Shown in pieces: positions 46,048 through 55,574 of a stretch of 64,000 bases of DNA. The position numbers were made by a program, and so were the translations under genes. Origin of the DNA: Candidatus Magasanikiibacteriota bacterium (lineage in GTDB: Bacteria > Patescibacteriota > Patescibacteriia > Magasanikbacterales > GWA2-37-8). The stretch covers positions 4,867-68,866 of the forward strand of contig CAWDHY010000002.1 of assembly GCA_963802255.1 (NCBI GenBank). Direction: 5' to 3'. Each line of letters starts with the position of its first letter. Position 1 is the first letter of the stretch. A model generated the notes under the pieces. It made no database searches. It worked only from the letters and a program-made list of their open reading frames with translations, and had not been told where the DNA came from.

Positions 46048-48111
46048 TTACAATTTTTTTACTTCTTCCGACTTAACACCGCCCAAAAATAACCAGTTGG
46101 CTTCATCGTGCTTAAAGAATCCAAAAATCCAGCGCATTATATTTCGTGTAATAATTATTGCCGTAAACATTGATACAACAACGCCGATAAACAGAGTTAC
46201 GGCAAAACCCTGAACAAATCCGGTACCGATCCAAATGAGAAATACGCAGGATAAAAGCGTAGTAATGTTTGAATCGCGAATTGATGTCCATGCGCGTAAA
46301 AAAGCTTCCTCGGTCGCTGACCGTAAACTTTTTCCCGCCCGCAATTCCTCTTTAAGACGCTCAAATACCAATACATTTGCGTCAACAGCCATGCCGATAG
46401 ATAATATGAAACCGGCAATACCTGAAAGAGTCAATGTCGCATTAATCGTCTTGAAAACGGCCAAAGTTAACGCACTGTAGATGGTTAAAGTAATAACTGA
46501 TAATAAACCGGGGAGACGATAATAGAGAATCATAAAAAGCATAACCAACAACAATCCGACCACACCAGCTTTATAACTTGATTTCATTGAATCGGCTCCT
46601 AAAGTTGCATCAACTTTTTGCTGTCCAATCAACTCAATCGGCACCGGCAATGCACCGGAATTTAAACGCTGGGCAAGCAATTTAGCTTCATCCCACTTGA
46701 AACCTCCGGAAATAACCGCACTTCCGTCAAGAATCGGCTCGTTTACGCGAGGAATACTGATTGCTTCACCGTCTAAAAATATAGCGACAAGCTTATCAAC
46801 ATTTCTCGTTGTGATATCGGAAAATAATTTTGCCCCTTCATCATTAAACTGAAGGTTAACCTGAACCTCGCCGTTGCGGGTATCTTGTGTCACTTCGGCC
46901 TTTTTCAGCTGCTTGCCGGTTAGGCCGGTAAATTTCCATTGATCATTTGGAGGTAAAATATCTGTAACACTTTTTGTTTTAACAAAAATTCTCGCCATTT
47001 CATATTCCTTGGGTGTCTCTTCTCCTCTTTTAAGTATCAGATGATAGCCGAATTTTGTTTCAACCGGTCCGATGATTTGATTTACCGGAGCATCATAAAC
47101 CGCCTGTTCAAACTCCGGCACAACGACACCCTTTCCAAAAGTGCCCAAGTCTCCTCCACTCTCACTTACGCCCGGTTCAGTAGAATTCTGCTGTGCCATT
47201 TCTGAAAAGTTATCAACAGTAACATCTTGTTTTAACGCTTCTATCTTTGCCTTGGCGTCTTCTTTGCTGAGTGTACTGCCGCAAAGTTCCGCTCCTTTAT
47301 AACAAATTAGTATATGCGCGGCGGTTACCTGTTTTTCACCATCACGGACGCTTAATCTTTTAACTACATTCAAACCATCCGGGGTTATGACAACTTCTTT
47401 GGAGACATCTCCATCATTATGTTTAGCCGCCCAATCATAAATTTCAGGATAAATACTGTTATTTATAAACCCAAGATTTCCACCATCCCGCTTGTTGCTT
47501 TCATCTTCACTATACTTAATGGCAGTGGCGGAAAAATCCGCTTTATTGTTAATCTCTTTTTGAACCTCTTTAATTTTTTTATCGGCTTTAGCGTTAAAAT
47601 CATTCATTTCTTTTGTTTCTTCAGCCGTTAATTCTCGCGGAGGTTCGTTGTTTTCTTCTTTAAATTCCAGTACCGGCGTTTCACCGATCATTTTAATCGC
47701 ATCTGTAACATTGGCTACGCCCGGAAGTTCTATGATTAATCTGTATTCCTCTCCTACTCTGGTCGTTTGCACCAATGGTTCGGCTACCCCAAGGCCACCT
47801 CGAACACGGCGTTCGATTACATCGCGCACACCTTCAACTGCCGCCGCTCTTTCTGTGGGCGGTATACTGTCAATTTTTGCGACATACTGCAAATGGGCTC
47901 CGCCTTGAAGGTCTAATCCTAAATTAAAGCCGCTGGCGGGTAAATTTGGTATCCCAAGGCTGACTTTTGAATTAACCCAGCCGATCGCTTTATTAAAATG
48001 TCCAGGCAAAATTATTATCAGACAAACAATAAAAAGTGCCATAATACCGGCCATCCTCCATTTTATCTGTGAGCGTGTCGCGGTTTTAACAACGTTCTTA
48101 GTTTTAGCCAT
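46048..48111 (-). CDS. secD: protein translocase subunit SecD with inserted parvulin PPIase domains
   Basis: LGLDLQGG, AIFLDG, GALP, GMAVDANV..FER..EE; insert with AHIL...GGDLG..PEFEQA...TKFGYHLI. Confidence 0.95.
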   Translation of the reverse strand: MAKTKNVVKTATRSQIKWRMAGIMALFIVCLIIILPGHFNKAIGWVNSKVSLGIPNLPASGFNLGLDLQGGAHLQYVAKIDSIPPTERAAAVEGVRDVIERRVRGGLGVAEPLVQTTRVGEEYRLIIELPGVANVTDAIKMIGETPVLEFKEENNEPPRELTAEETKEMNDFNAKADKKIKEVQKEINNKADFSATAIKYSEDESNKRDGGNLGFINNSIYPEIYDWAAKHNDGDVSKEVVITPDGLNVVKRLSVRDGEKQVTAAHILICYKGAELCGSTLSKEDAKAKIEALKQDVTVDNFSEMAQQNSTEPGVSESGGDLGTFGKGVVVPEFEQAVYDAPVNQIIGPVETKFGYHLILKRGEETPKEYEMARIFVKTKSVTDILPPNDQWKFTGLTGKQLKKAEVTQDTRNGEVQVNLQFNDEGAKLFSDITTRNVDKLVAIFLDGEAISIPRVNEPILDGSAVISGGFKWDEAKLLAQRLNSGALPVPIELIGQQKVDATLGADSMKSSYKAGVVGLLLVMLFMILYYRLPGLLSVITLTIYSALTLAVFKTINATLTLSGIAGFILSIGMAVDANVLVFERLKEELRAGKSLRSATEEAFLRAWTSIRDSNITTLLSCVFLIWIGTGFVQGFAVTLFIGVVVSMFTAIIITRNIMRWIFGFFKHDEANWLFLGGVKSEEVKKL

Positions 48112-48190
48112 ATTTTAGATAAAAAAATAGATTGATTTGTGCAAAAATATTACTAAATATAAGGAAAAAAGGCAAGTGGACAGATTGTGC

Positions 48191-50956
48191 CTACTTTCCG
48201 TGGCAATTCTTAAATTTAACCGGCCGTCCGTCAGGATGTTTCGCGCCACAAGGACAAGGATCGTTTCTTCCAACTTCATTACCCTCTTTATCTCGCGGCT
48301 TTCCGCTTGAAACCACATCACCCGCCTCTTTGGCCGCTCCTTGTAATATCAAGTTACCTTTCTGCATAATACTCGGGGCGAACTTGATGCCGATACCCAT
48401 TTTATAAATTGAGTACACAACTTCTTTCTGAATAAGAGAGAGAAGTTCGTTAAACATGTGATAGGTCTCCTTTTTATATTCCACAAGCGGATCACGCTGT
48501 CCGTAGCCACGCAGTCCAATACCGGTCCGTAAATAATCAATTGCTACGAGATGATCTATCCAGAGGTTATCAATTGATCTTAATAGCATCTGCTTTTCAA
48601 TCTCTAAAAGCAAAATCGGATCACTCGCCTGTTTAACCAGCATTTCATCATATCTATTTTTTGCAAGCACTGTCAGATATTCAATAATTTTTGTGCGAGT
48701 TTCCACAGCGGCTAATTTTTCCTTACCCTCTCCGCCCAACTGCGATATTTCCTTTTTTTCCGTATCGGAAAGAGGAAACACGGTTTGCATGGTCTCTGTA
48801 ATTTCCTTTAAATTCCAATTGTCCATTTCTTCAGCATTGGTATGAAAAGATACCACTGCTTCAATTTCTTCTTCCACCATTTCCAAAATCATTTGTCTCA
48901 GTGTCTGCTCGCCTTCGACCAATGAATTTGTTTTCTCTTTTTCATAATGTTCCAAAATTTTGCGTCGCTTGCCGTAAACCACTTCACGATGCTTATTTAA
49001 CACATCATCATATTCAATCAAGTGTTTACGCATGTCAAAGTGAAATCCTTCAACCTTACGTTGAGCCGATTCAATAATTTTAGTGATTGATTTTTGTTCA
49101 ATCGGCATATCGTCAGGAACTCTCAATGTCTGCATTACGGCGCGGATTCTATCGCCGGCAAAAATACGCATTAAGTCGTCTTCCGTGGAAAGATAAAATT
49201 GAGATTCTCCCGAATCTCCCTGTCGGGCGGCGCGCCCTCTCAGCTGATTGTCAATCCGGCGTGATTCATGACGCTCAGAACCGATCACAAAAAGACCGCC
49301 TGCTTCACGTGCTTTTGCACCAAGCTCTTTGTCCGGCGGATTTCCACCCATAATAATGTCGACACCGCGGCCGGCCATGTTTGTTGCAAGTGTCACAGCG
49401 CCAGGACGGCCGGCTTGAGCGATGATTTCACCTTCACGCTCATGATTCTTCGCATTCAAAATTTCATGTTGAACGCCTTCACGCTCCAGATATATTGACA
49501 ATTGCTCGTTTTTTTCCACTGAAATGGTACCAATCAACACAGGCTGGCCTTTTGCCTGCAACTCTTTGCATTTATTGGCAATAGCCAAATTTTTTATCTC
49601 CTCAGTCCGATAGATCCTATCCGGATGGTCTTTTCTAAGATTTTTTTTGTTTGTGGGAATAACTACCACTTCCAATTTGTAAATTTTCCCGAATTCTTCG
49701 GCTTCAGTCACAGCCGTACCGGTCATACCGGATAATTTTTCATACATCCGGAAATAATTCTGAAAAGTTACGGTAGCCATGGTTCTGCTCTCACGCTGAA
49801 TTTTGACCCGCTCTTTGGCCTCAATCGCCTGATGTAAGCCCTCGCTATATCGGCGTCCGGCCATTTTACGACCGGTAAATTCGTCCACTATCACTACTTC
49901 GCCTTCTTCCACCACATAATCGCGGTCACGCTTAAAAAGCGCCATGGCACGCAGAGCCTGTTCTACATGATGGACAATACTGATATCACCTTCGGCGTAA
50001 ATATTGTTCACACCAAGCCATTTTTCCATTTTTTGGATACCTGCCTCCGTCAAGGTTGAGGAACGCATTTTTTCATCAATATTATAATCAACATTTTCTT
50101 CCAGCCGTTCAACTAGTTCAGCAAATTTGTAATACATATCTGCCGCTTCTTCAGCAGGAGCGGATATAATAAGCGGTGTGCGGGCTTCGTCAATTAATAT
50201 TGAGTCAACTTCATCGACAATGGCAAAACTCAATTTTCGTTGAACCATATCTTCAAGAGATTGCACCATGTTATCGCGCAAATAATCAAAACCGTATTCA
50301 TTGTTTGTGCCGTAAATAATGTCGCACTGATAGGCCTCGGCGCGAGAACATGGTTCCAAATAGTCGTATTCAATTTTGAACATGCCTTTTGCGTCACGCT
50401 CTTTATCGGTAATGCTTCCCTCATCAAGATTTTCGTCAGGAACCGCGGCGCGCACTTGTGAATTGTATTTATAGGACACTCCCATCTGCTGAATCACGCC
50501 GATTGAAAGACCGAGCGCATCATAAATTTGGCCCATCCAAACAGCATCTCGTTTTGCCAGGTAATCATTGACGGTCACCAAATGCACTCCTTTTCCGGCT
50601 AGCGCGTTTAAATACACAGGCAAAGTTGCTACCAATGTTTTTCCTTCACCGGTTCTCATTTCCGCAATCTGTCCTCTATGAAGAACGACGCCGCCAATAA
50701 GCTGTACGTCAAAATGGCGCATGCCGGTCAAACGCCTGGACATTTCCCTTACAACCGCGAAGGCCTCCGGTAAAATGTCATCGAGCGTTTCCCCTCTTGT
50801 AAGACGCTCTTTAAATTCAATCGTTTTATTTTTGAGATCTGCTACTGATAATTCCTGAATTTCCAGCTCTTTTGAGTTAATCTGTGCGATAATCGGTTCA
50901 ATGCTTTTTAGTACTTTAGCGTTCGGATCCCCAAAAATTTTAGTGAGAAATGACAT
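48191..50956 (-). CDS. secA: protein translocase ATPase SecA
   Basis: MRTGEGKT, DEVDSILIDEARTPLIIS, GRNDPCPCG. Confidence 0.98.
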   Translation of the reverse strand: MSFLTKIFGDPNAKVLKSIEPIIAQINSKELEIQELSVADLKNKTIEFKERLTRGETLDDILPEAFAVVREMSRRLTGMRHFDVQLIGGVVLHRGQIAEMRTGEGKTLVATLPVYLNALAGKGVHLVTVNDYLAKRDAVWMGQIYDALGLSIGVIQQMGVSYKYNSQVRAAVPDENLDEGSITDKERDAKGMFKIEYDYLEPCSRAEAYQCDIIYGTNNEYGFDYLRDNMVQSLEDMVQRKLSFAIVDEVDSILIDEARTPLIISAPAEEAADMYYKFAELVERLEENVDYNIDEKMRSSTLTEAGIQKMEKWLGVNNIYAEGDISIVHHVEQALRAMALFKRDRDYVVEEGEVVIVDEFTGRKMAGRRYSEGLHQAIEAKERVKIQRESRTMATVTFQNYFRMYEKLSGMTGTAVTEAEEFGKIYKLEVVVIPTNKKNLRKDHPDRIYRTEEIKNLAIANKCKELQAKGQPVLIGTISVEKNEQLSIYLEREGVQHEILNAKNHEREGEIIAQAGRPGAVTLATNMAGRGVDIIMGGNPPDKELGAKAREAGGLFVIGSERHESRRIDNQLRGRAARQGDSGESQFYLSTEDDLMRIFAGDRIRAVMQTLRVPDDMPIEQKSITKIIESAQRKVEGFHFDMRKHLIEYDDVLNKHREVVYGKRRKILEHYEKEKTNSLVEGEQTLRQMILEMVEEEIEAVVSFHTNAEEMDNWNLKEITETMQTVFPLSDTEKKEISQLGGEGKEKLAAVETRTKIIEYLTVLAKNRYDEMLVKQASDPILLLEIEKQMLLRSIDNLWIDHLVAIDYLRTGIGLRGYGQRDPLVEYKKETYHMFNELLSLIQKEVVYSIYKMGIGIKFAPSIMQKGNLILQGAAKEAGDVVSSGKPRDKEGNEVGRNDPCPCGAKHPDGRPVKFKNCHGK

Positions 50957-51030
50957 GTTATTTGAATATGAAAATTAAGCCCAAAAATGGGCTTAATTAT
51001 TCTAACATAAGCGAAAATAAATGGCAAGAA

Positions 51031-53070
51031 TCAGCGTTTAACCATAATTCTGACATCCACAATATCAGCGCCGTCCGGCCTGGCCATAACAGGGTTAAAA
51101 TCAATTTCCATTATATTTCTATGTTTCTCCGCTATTTTTGATATTGCCACGATAATCTTTGCCAGATAGCGCGTGTCAACCGGCTGTTCACCCCGCACCC
51201 CTTGTAAAATCGCATTGGCCTTTATTTCACTAATCATGGCCAACGCGTCAACCTCATTTACCGGTGAAATACGCATTGAAGCGTCTTTTAGCGTTTCCAC
51301 GAAAATACCGCCTAAGCCAAAAACAATTACCGGACCAAATGACGGATCACGCTTCATTCCAATAATCACTTCCCTGCCCGACGACATCGGCTGAATAATA
51401 AAACCGTCAATTTTAACTCCGGGCATTTTTTTTGTAACAGCAGACGAAATTTCCAGCCAGGCCTTTTCCGATTCAGCCAGACTATTTATATTAACTCGCA
51501 CCCCGCCTAAATCTGATTTATGTATGATCTGTTCTGAAACCACCTTCATCGCCCAAGGAAATCTGATTTTATCCGAGCATCTTCGGAGATTTTCTTTTTT
51601 GGTCACAAAATCACCTGATATTTTTAGACCCTGCTGATAAAGGATGGCGGCACATTCATTAAAACGCAGCTGACGCGTCGATGGGGCCGCAAATGTTGAA
51701 ATATTTTCATTTATATTTATTTTCTTTTTAACTGCTGTTGCTAATAGAGAAACTGCTTCAACCGCGGCATGAGGATCAATAAAATTAATTAAACCATGTT
51801 TTGCAAATATTTTTTCAGCTTCATCAGCTGACGCCCCGCCGATAAAAATCGGAATAATTGGAATTTTTTTGGCGTATTTTGCCACTACAGCCGCGGTTTC
51901 TTTAACTTGTGTCATTTTTTGCGGAGTTAGAATAACCATTATTCCTTTAACATTTTTATCGGCTGATAAAATTTTCAAGGCCGCTTCGTAACGGTCAGCT
52001 AACGCATCTCCAATTATATCCACGGGGTTATTCAGCGCCGCCGTAACCGGTAATACTTTACTTAATTTATTTTTTAGAGAGTCGTTCGGAGAATATAAGC
52101 CTAAATTTGAGGTAGCTTCAATTAAATCAGCGGTAACAATTGACGGCCCGCCGCCATTTGTCAGCACTACCCATTCATTGGGGGCCCGGAACAAACCGGT
52201 ATTTAACAACTTTGCTAAATTAAACATGGATCCCAGCGAATCCACAAGGATAGCACCGCTCTGACGGCAAGCAGTTCGAAAAATTTCATGAGATGGAGCC
52301 AGCGAACCGGTATGAGACGATACTGCTTTTACGCCCCTTTCGGATAAACCGGCTTTTAAAATTATAACGGGTTTTTTCGAGGAAATTCTTTTTACCTGTC
52401 GCATAAATTTTTTCCCATCTGTAATGCCTTCCAGATACATAAGAATTGCCGAAGTATCCCGGTCCTTGCTAAGATATGCCAAAAAATCATTCTCTGTCAC
52501 GCCGGCTTCATTACCAATGGAAACAAATTTTGAAAATCCGACATTATTTTTCATTGCCCAATCAAGCATGGCCGTACCAACCGCTCCCGATTGGGAAACA
52601 AAAGCCATATCGCCTTTTTTGGGCATCGTCTCACTGCCAAAAGTGGCATTCAAATTACTTGCCGTGTCTAATACTCCAAGACAATTTGGACCGACGATAT
52701 TAATTTTATACTTTTTTGCGATGACCTTCAGTTCTTTTTCCCGTTCCACGCCCACCCCGCCAATTTCCTTAAAACCCGCCGTAATAATAATAACATTAAA
52801 AATTTTTTTCTCACCGCAATCTTTTAATACTAAAGGTACAATTTCCGGTTTGACCGCTATGATGGCGAGATCAATTTTGCCTTTAACCTTTAAAACCGAA
52901 GAAAAACAATGAAGACCCATGACTTTCTTGAAAGACGGGTTTACCGGTATGACTTTCCGTTTTTTATTCTGAAGTAAATTGTTTACAATCGCGTATCCGA
53001 GTTTTTTAGGATCATCGGCCGCGCCGATTACCGCTACCGCCCTCGGATTAAAAAGATATTTTAAATTCAT
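51031..53070 (-). CDS. acetate--CoA ligase (ADP-forming), fused alpha+beta
   Basis: CoA-binding N-terminus (VAVIGA), GPNCLG, SQSGA, SHTGSL (His), ATP-grasp HKSDLGGV, FGLGG. Confidence 0.92.
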   Translation of the reverse strand: MNLKYLFNPRAVAVIGAADDPKKLGYAIVNNLLQNKKRKVIPVNPSFKKVMGLHCFSSVLKVKGKIDLAIIAVKPEIVPLVLKDCGEKKIFNVIIITAGFKEIGGVGVEREKELKVIAKKYKINIVGPNCLGVLDTASNLNATFGSETMPKKGDMAFVSQSGAVGTAMLDWAMKNNVGFSKFVSIGNEAGVTENDFLAYLSKDRDTSAILMYLEGITDGKKFMRQVKRISSKKPVIILKAGLSERGVKAVSSHTGSLAPSHEIFRTACRQSGAILVDSLGSMFNLAKLLNTGLFRAPNEWVVLTNGGGPSIVTADLIEATSNLGLYSPNDSLKNKLSKVLPVTAALNNPVDIIGDALADRYEAALKILSADKNVKGIMVILTPQKMTQVKETAAVVAKYAKKIPIIPIFIGGASADEAEKIFAKHGLINFIDPHAAVEAVSLLATAVKKKININENISTFAAPSTRQLRFNECAAILYQQGLKISGDFVTKKENLRRCSDKIRFPWAMKVVSEQIIHKSDLGGVRVNINSLAESEKAWLEISSAVTKKMPGVKIDGFIIQPMSSGREVIIGMKRDPSFGPVIVFGLGGIFVETLKDASMRISPVNEVDALAMISEIKANAILQGVRGEQPVDTRYLAKIIVAISKIAEKHRNIMEIDFNPVMARPDGADIVDVRIMVKR

Positions 53071-53837
53071 ATTTGTTCTTCAAATACCGGTTTATCGGTT
53101 TCATAAATTACACCAAGCGGAATCTTCCCGGAATTTTCGCGAATTTTTTGCATTGCTTTGTTCCAATCATTTGTCGGCCAATTCTGGTCAAGATAAAAAA
53201 CTTTGTCTTTAAAATCTGCCCTGGTGTCGCTGAAAGTAATACAGGGCTGAATAATATCCACGATAGAAAAACCTTTGTGTTTTATTGCGCGCTTCATTAT
53301 CCCCCCTAGCTTATCAGTGTCCAGTGCCCATGCGCGCGCAATAAATGTTGCGCCAGAAGCGAGCATTATCGCAAGCGGATTAAGAGGTTCTTCATGACTG
53401 CCGAACGGAGTGGAACGGCCTCGGTATCCCTTGGGGCTGGTTGGGGTAACTTGCCCAGTGGTCAAACCAAAAACTTGATTATTATGTACAAATAAAGTGA
53501 CATTGGTATTTCGCTTTGCCGCGTGCACCAGATGTTCCATTCCTTCTGCATAGGCATCACCATCTCCGGCAAAAGAAATTACTGTTAAATTGGGGTTGCC
53601 TGCTTTAATACCTTCGGCTGAAGCAACATCGCGGCCATGCAAAGACATAAAACTGTTAATATTTACGAAGTCGGGAATTTTCCCATGGCAGCCAATGCCT
53701 GCAACCATGACAAAATTATCTTTTGAATAGCCTTCTATCACTAAATCGTTTAGCGCATTTTTAAAGGCGGCTAAAATAGAAAAATTAGTGCAACCGGGAC
53801 ACCATGTATTTTTTGCTTTTGTGGAAAAATCTATCAT
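53067..53837 (-). CDS. 2-oxoacid:ferredoxin oxidoreductase beta subunit
   Basis: WCPGC, GIGC, TPP motif GDGD...NNQ, QPC. Confidence 0.95.
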   Translation of the reverse strand: MIDFSTKAKNTWCPGCTNFSILAAFKNALNDLVIEGYSKDNFVMVAGIGCHGKIPDFVNINSFMSLHGRDVASAEGIKAGNPNLTVISFAGDGDAYAEGMEHLVHAAKRNTNVTLFVHNNQVFGLTTGQVTPTSPKGYRGRSTPFGSHEEPLNPLAIMLASGATFIARAWALDTDKLGGIMKRAIKHKGFSIVDIIQPCITFSDTRADFKDKVFYLDQNWPTNDWNKAMQKIRENSGKIPLGVIYETDKPVFEEQI

Positions 53838-53875
53838 ATTTAACCTAATATTAAAAATTTAATTAACAGGAAGAA

Positions 53876-55564
53876 TTAAAATATCTGGTCAAATTTCTTT
53901 GCTAATTCCACGGGTTCAAAAGGCAAGGAATCATATTTTAATATCCGGTTCTTTATTTCCACTCCGGTTTTCTCCCGGATAAGCTTAGCCAGCTGGCCGG
54001 TAAAATTATTTTCCGCAATTATCATTTTTTTCATACCTTTAATTTCTTTCAAAAAAAGATCTGTGTCAAAGGGTTCCAACCAGACAATCTGAACTGCCTT
54101 AAACGGCCGTTTGACCGCACACATCGATTCAAGGACCGGTCCTTTAACCGAACCCCAAAATATTACGGCGTTCTTCGCCTTCCTATCGCCATAAATTTTT
54201 ATTGAATCATATTTTTTTCTTTCCGCAATGATACCTTTCATTTTAGCAAACCGCTTCTCACACATTTTTTTTGCATTTTTTACGTCATCACAAATATATC
54301 CGTCTTCATCATGCTCATAGCTGGAGATTTTTATAACTTTGTCTTTTTCTCCCGGAAATGCCAACGCCGACACGCCATCAGGCACGAATGCATAACGGCG
54401 ATAAACAGAGCTACCAGTTGTTTTCTTTACGCTTTCAATTTTAATTTTGTTTAACGGTAAATCAACTGTAGAAACACTCTCGGATAGATGTTTGTCAAGC
54501 AATACCACCGCGGGCGATTGATATTTCCACGCCAAATTCATTGCCGTTCCGGCAATAAGACACGCCTCTTCCGCGTCGCCCGGAGCCAGAACAATTTTGG
54601 GATATTCACCGGGAATATTGCGGGAAAAATCAAGATCATTTTGTCCGGTACGGGTAGGCACGCCCGTTGAAGTGGAAGCGCGTTGTGCATTGGCAACAAC
54701 GATTGGAATTTCAGCTACTCCGGCAAAGGCCATAGCTTCAAGCATGAGGGCAAAACCGCCGCCAGTAGACGCTACAGCCGTCCGGTTGCCGGCGTATGAC
54801 GCGCCGAGCGCCATGTTTATCACACTAATTTCATTCTCCGGTTGTATTACTTTCAGTTTATATTCGCCGGCTTTCTTTGCAAGATAATGCAAGATGGAAG
54901 AAGAAGGCGTCATGGGGTAAGCAAAATAATTTTTCAGACCCGCTTTCACCAAACCTTCAGAAAAAGCTTCATTTCCATCACACACTTTCTTCTCAGCTGA
55001 TTTAAGGCGAGGCAGTGCAACTTGGGGAATATTTTTACTGCGTAAAAAATCATATCCTTTTTTTGCAAGCAAAATATTAGGATCTGCTTTTTCGCCAAAA
55101 ATTTCCTTAAAAATTTTATTTAACTGACTAATGTCAAAATTAAAATATTGGCAAACGGCTCCGAGTAAAGCGCTGGCCCGAAAAAGGCGCGAAAGACCTT
55201 CCTCTTTTACCCAAATGCTCGCCGGAATATTAATTACTCCTTTTCTCCCTGATTGCCCGTCGCCGTCAAAAAAAATCAGACCACCGCTTAATACTTCAGA
55301 AAAATGCTTTTCAACCGTCTCCTCATTGAGAGCCAAAACAACATTAATTTCTGACGAATCACTGTGTACTTTTTCATCTGAAATGCTTACCCGCGCAAAA
55401 TTATGCCCGCCCCTGATAAGCGAGGGATACTCTACCGTTAAAAAAAAGTTATAGCCATGTTTCGCCGCCAACCGGCCAAAGTTAATTGCAGCCTCCTTCG
55501 CGCCATCTCCAGCCGCTCCCCCAGCCAACAAAGTATATATCATTTTTTTCTTCTCTTTTGGCAT
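53876..55564 (-). CDS. 2-oxoacid:ferredoxin oxidoreductase alpha subunit (gamma-alpha fusion)
   Basis: GGAAGDG, YPSLIRGGHN, YPMTPSS, ENE, QR..STGVPT, EH. Confidence 0.95.
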   Translation of the reverse strand: MPKEKKKMIYTLLAGGAAGDGAKEAAINFGRLAAKHGYNFFLTVEYPSLIRGGHNFARVSISDEKVHSDSSEINVVLALNEETVEKHFSEVLSGGLIFFDGDGQSGRKGVINIPASIWVKEEGLSRLFRASALLGAVCQYFNFDISQLNKIFKEIFGEKADPNILLAKKGYDFLRSKNIPQVALPRLKSAEKKVCDGNEAFSEGLVKAGLKNYFAYPMTPSSSILHYLAKKAGEYKLKVIQPENEISVINMALGASYAGNRTAVASTGGGFALMLEAMAFAGVAEIPIVVANAQRASTSTGVPTRTGQNDLDFSRNIPGEYPKIVLAPGDAEEACLIAGTAMNLAWKYQSPAVVLLDKHLSESVSTVDLPLNKIKIESVKKTTGSSVYRRYAFVPDGVSALAFPGEKDKVIKISSYEHDEDGYICDDVKNAKKMCEKRFAKMKGIIAERKKYDSIKIYGDRKAKNAVIFWGSVKGPVLESMCAVKRPFKAVQIVWLEPFDTDLFLKEIKGMKKMIIAENNFTGQLAKLIREKTGVEIKNRILKYDSLPFEPVELAKKFDQIF

Positions 55565-55574
55565 AAAATATCAA

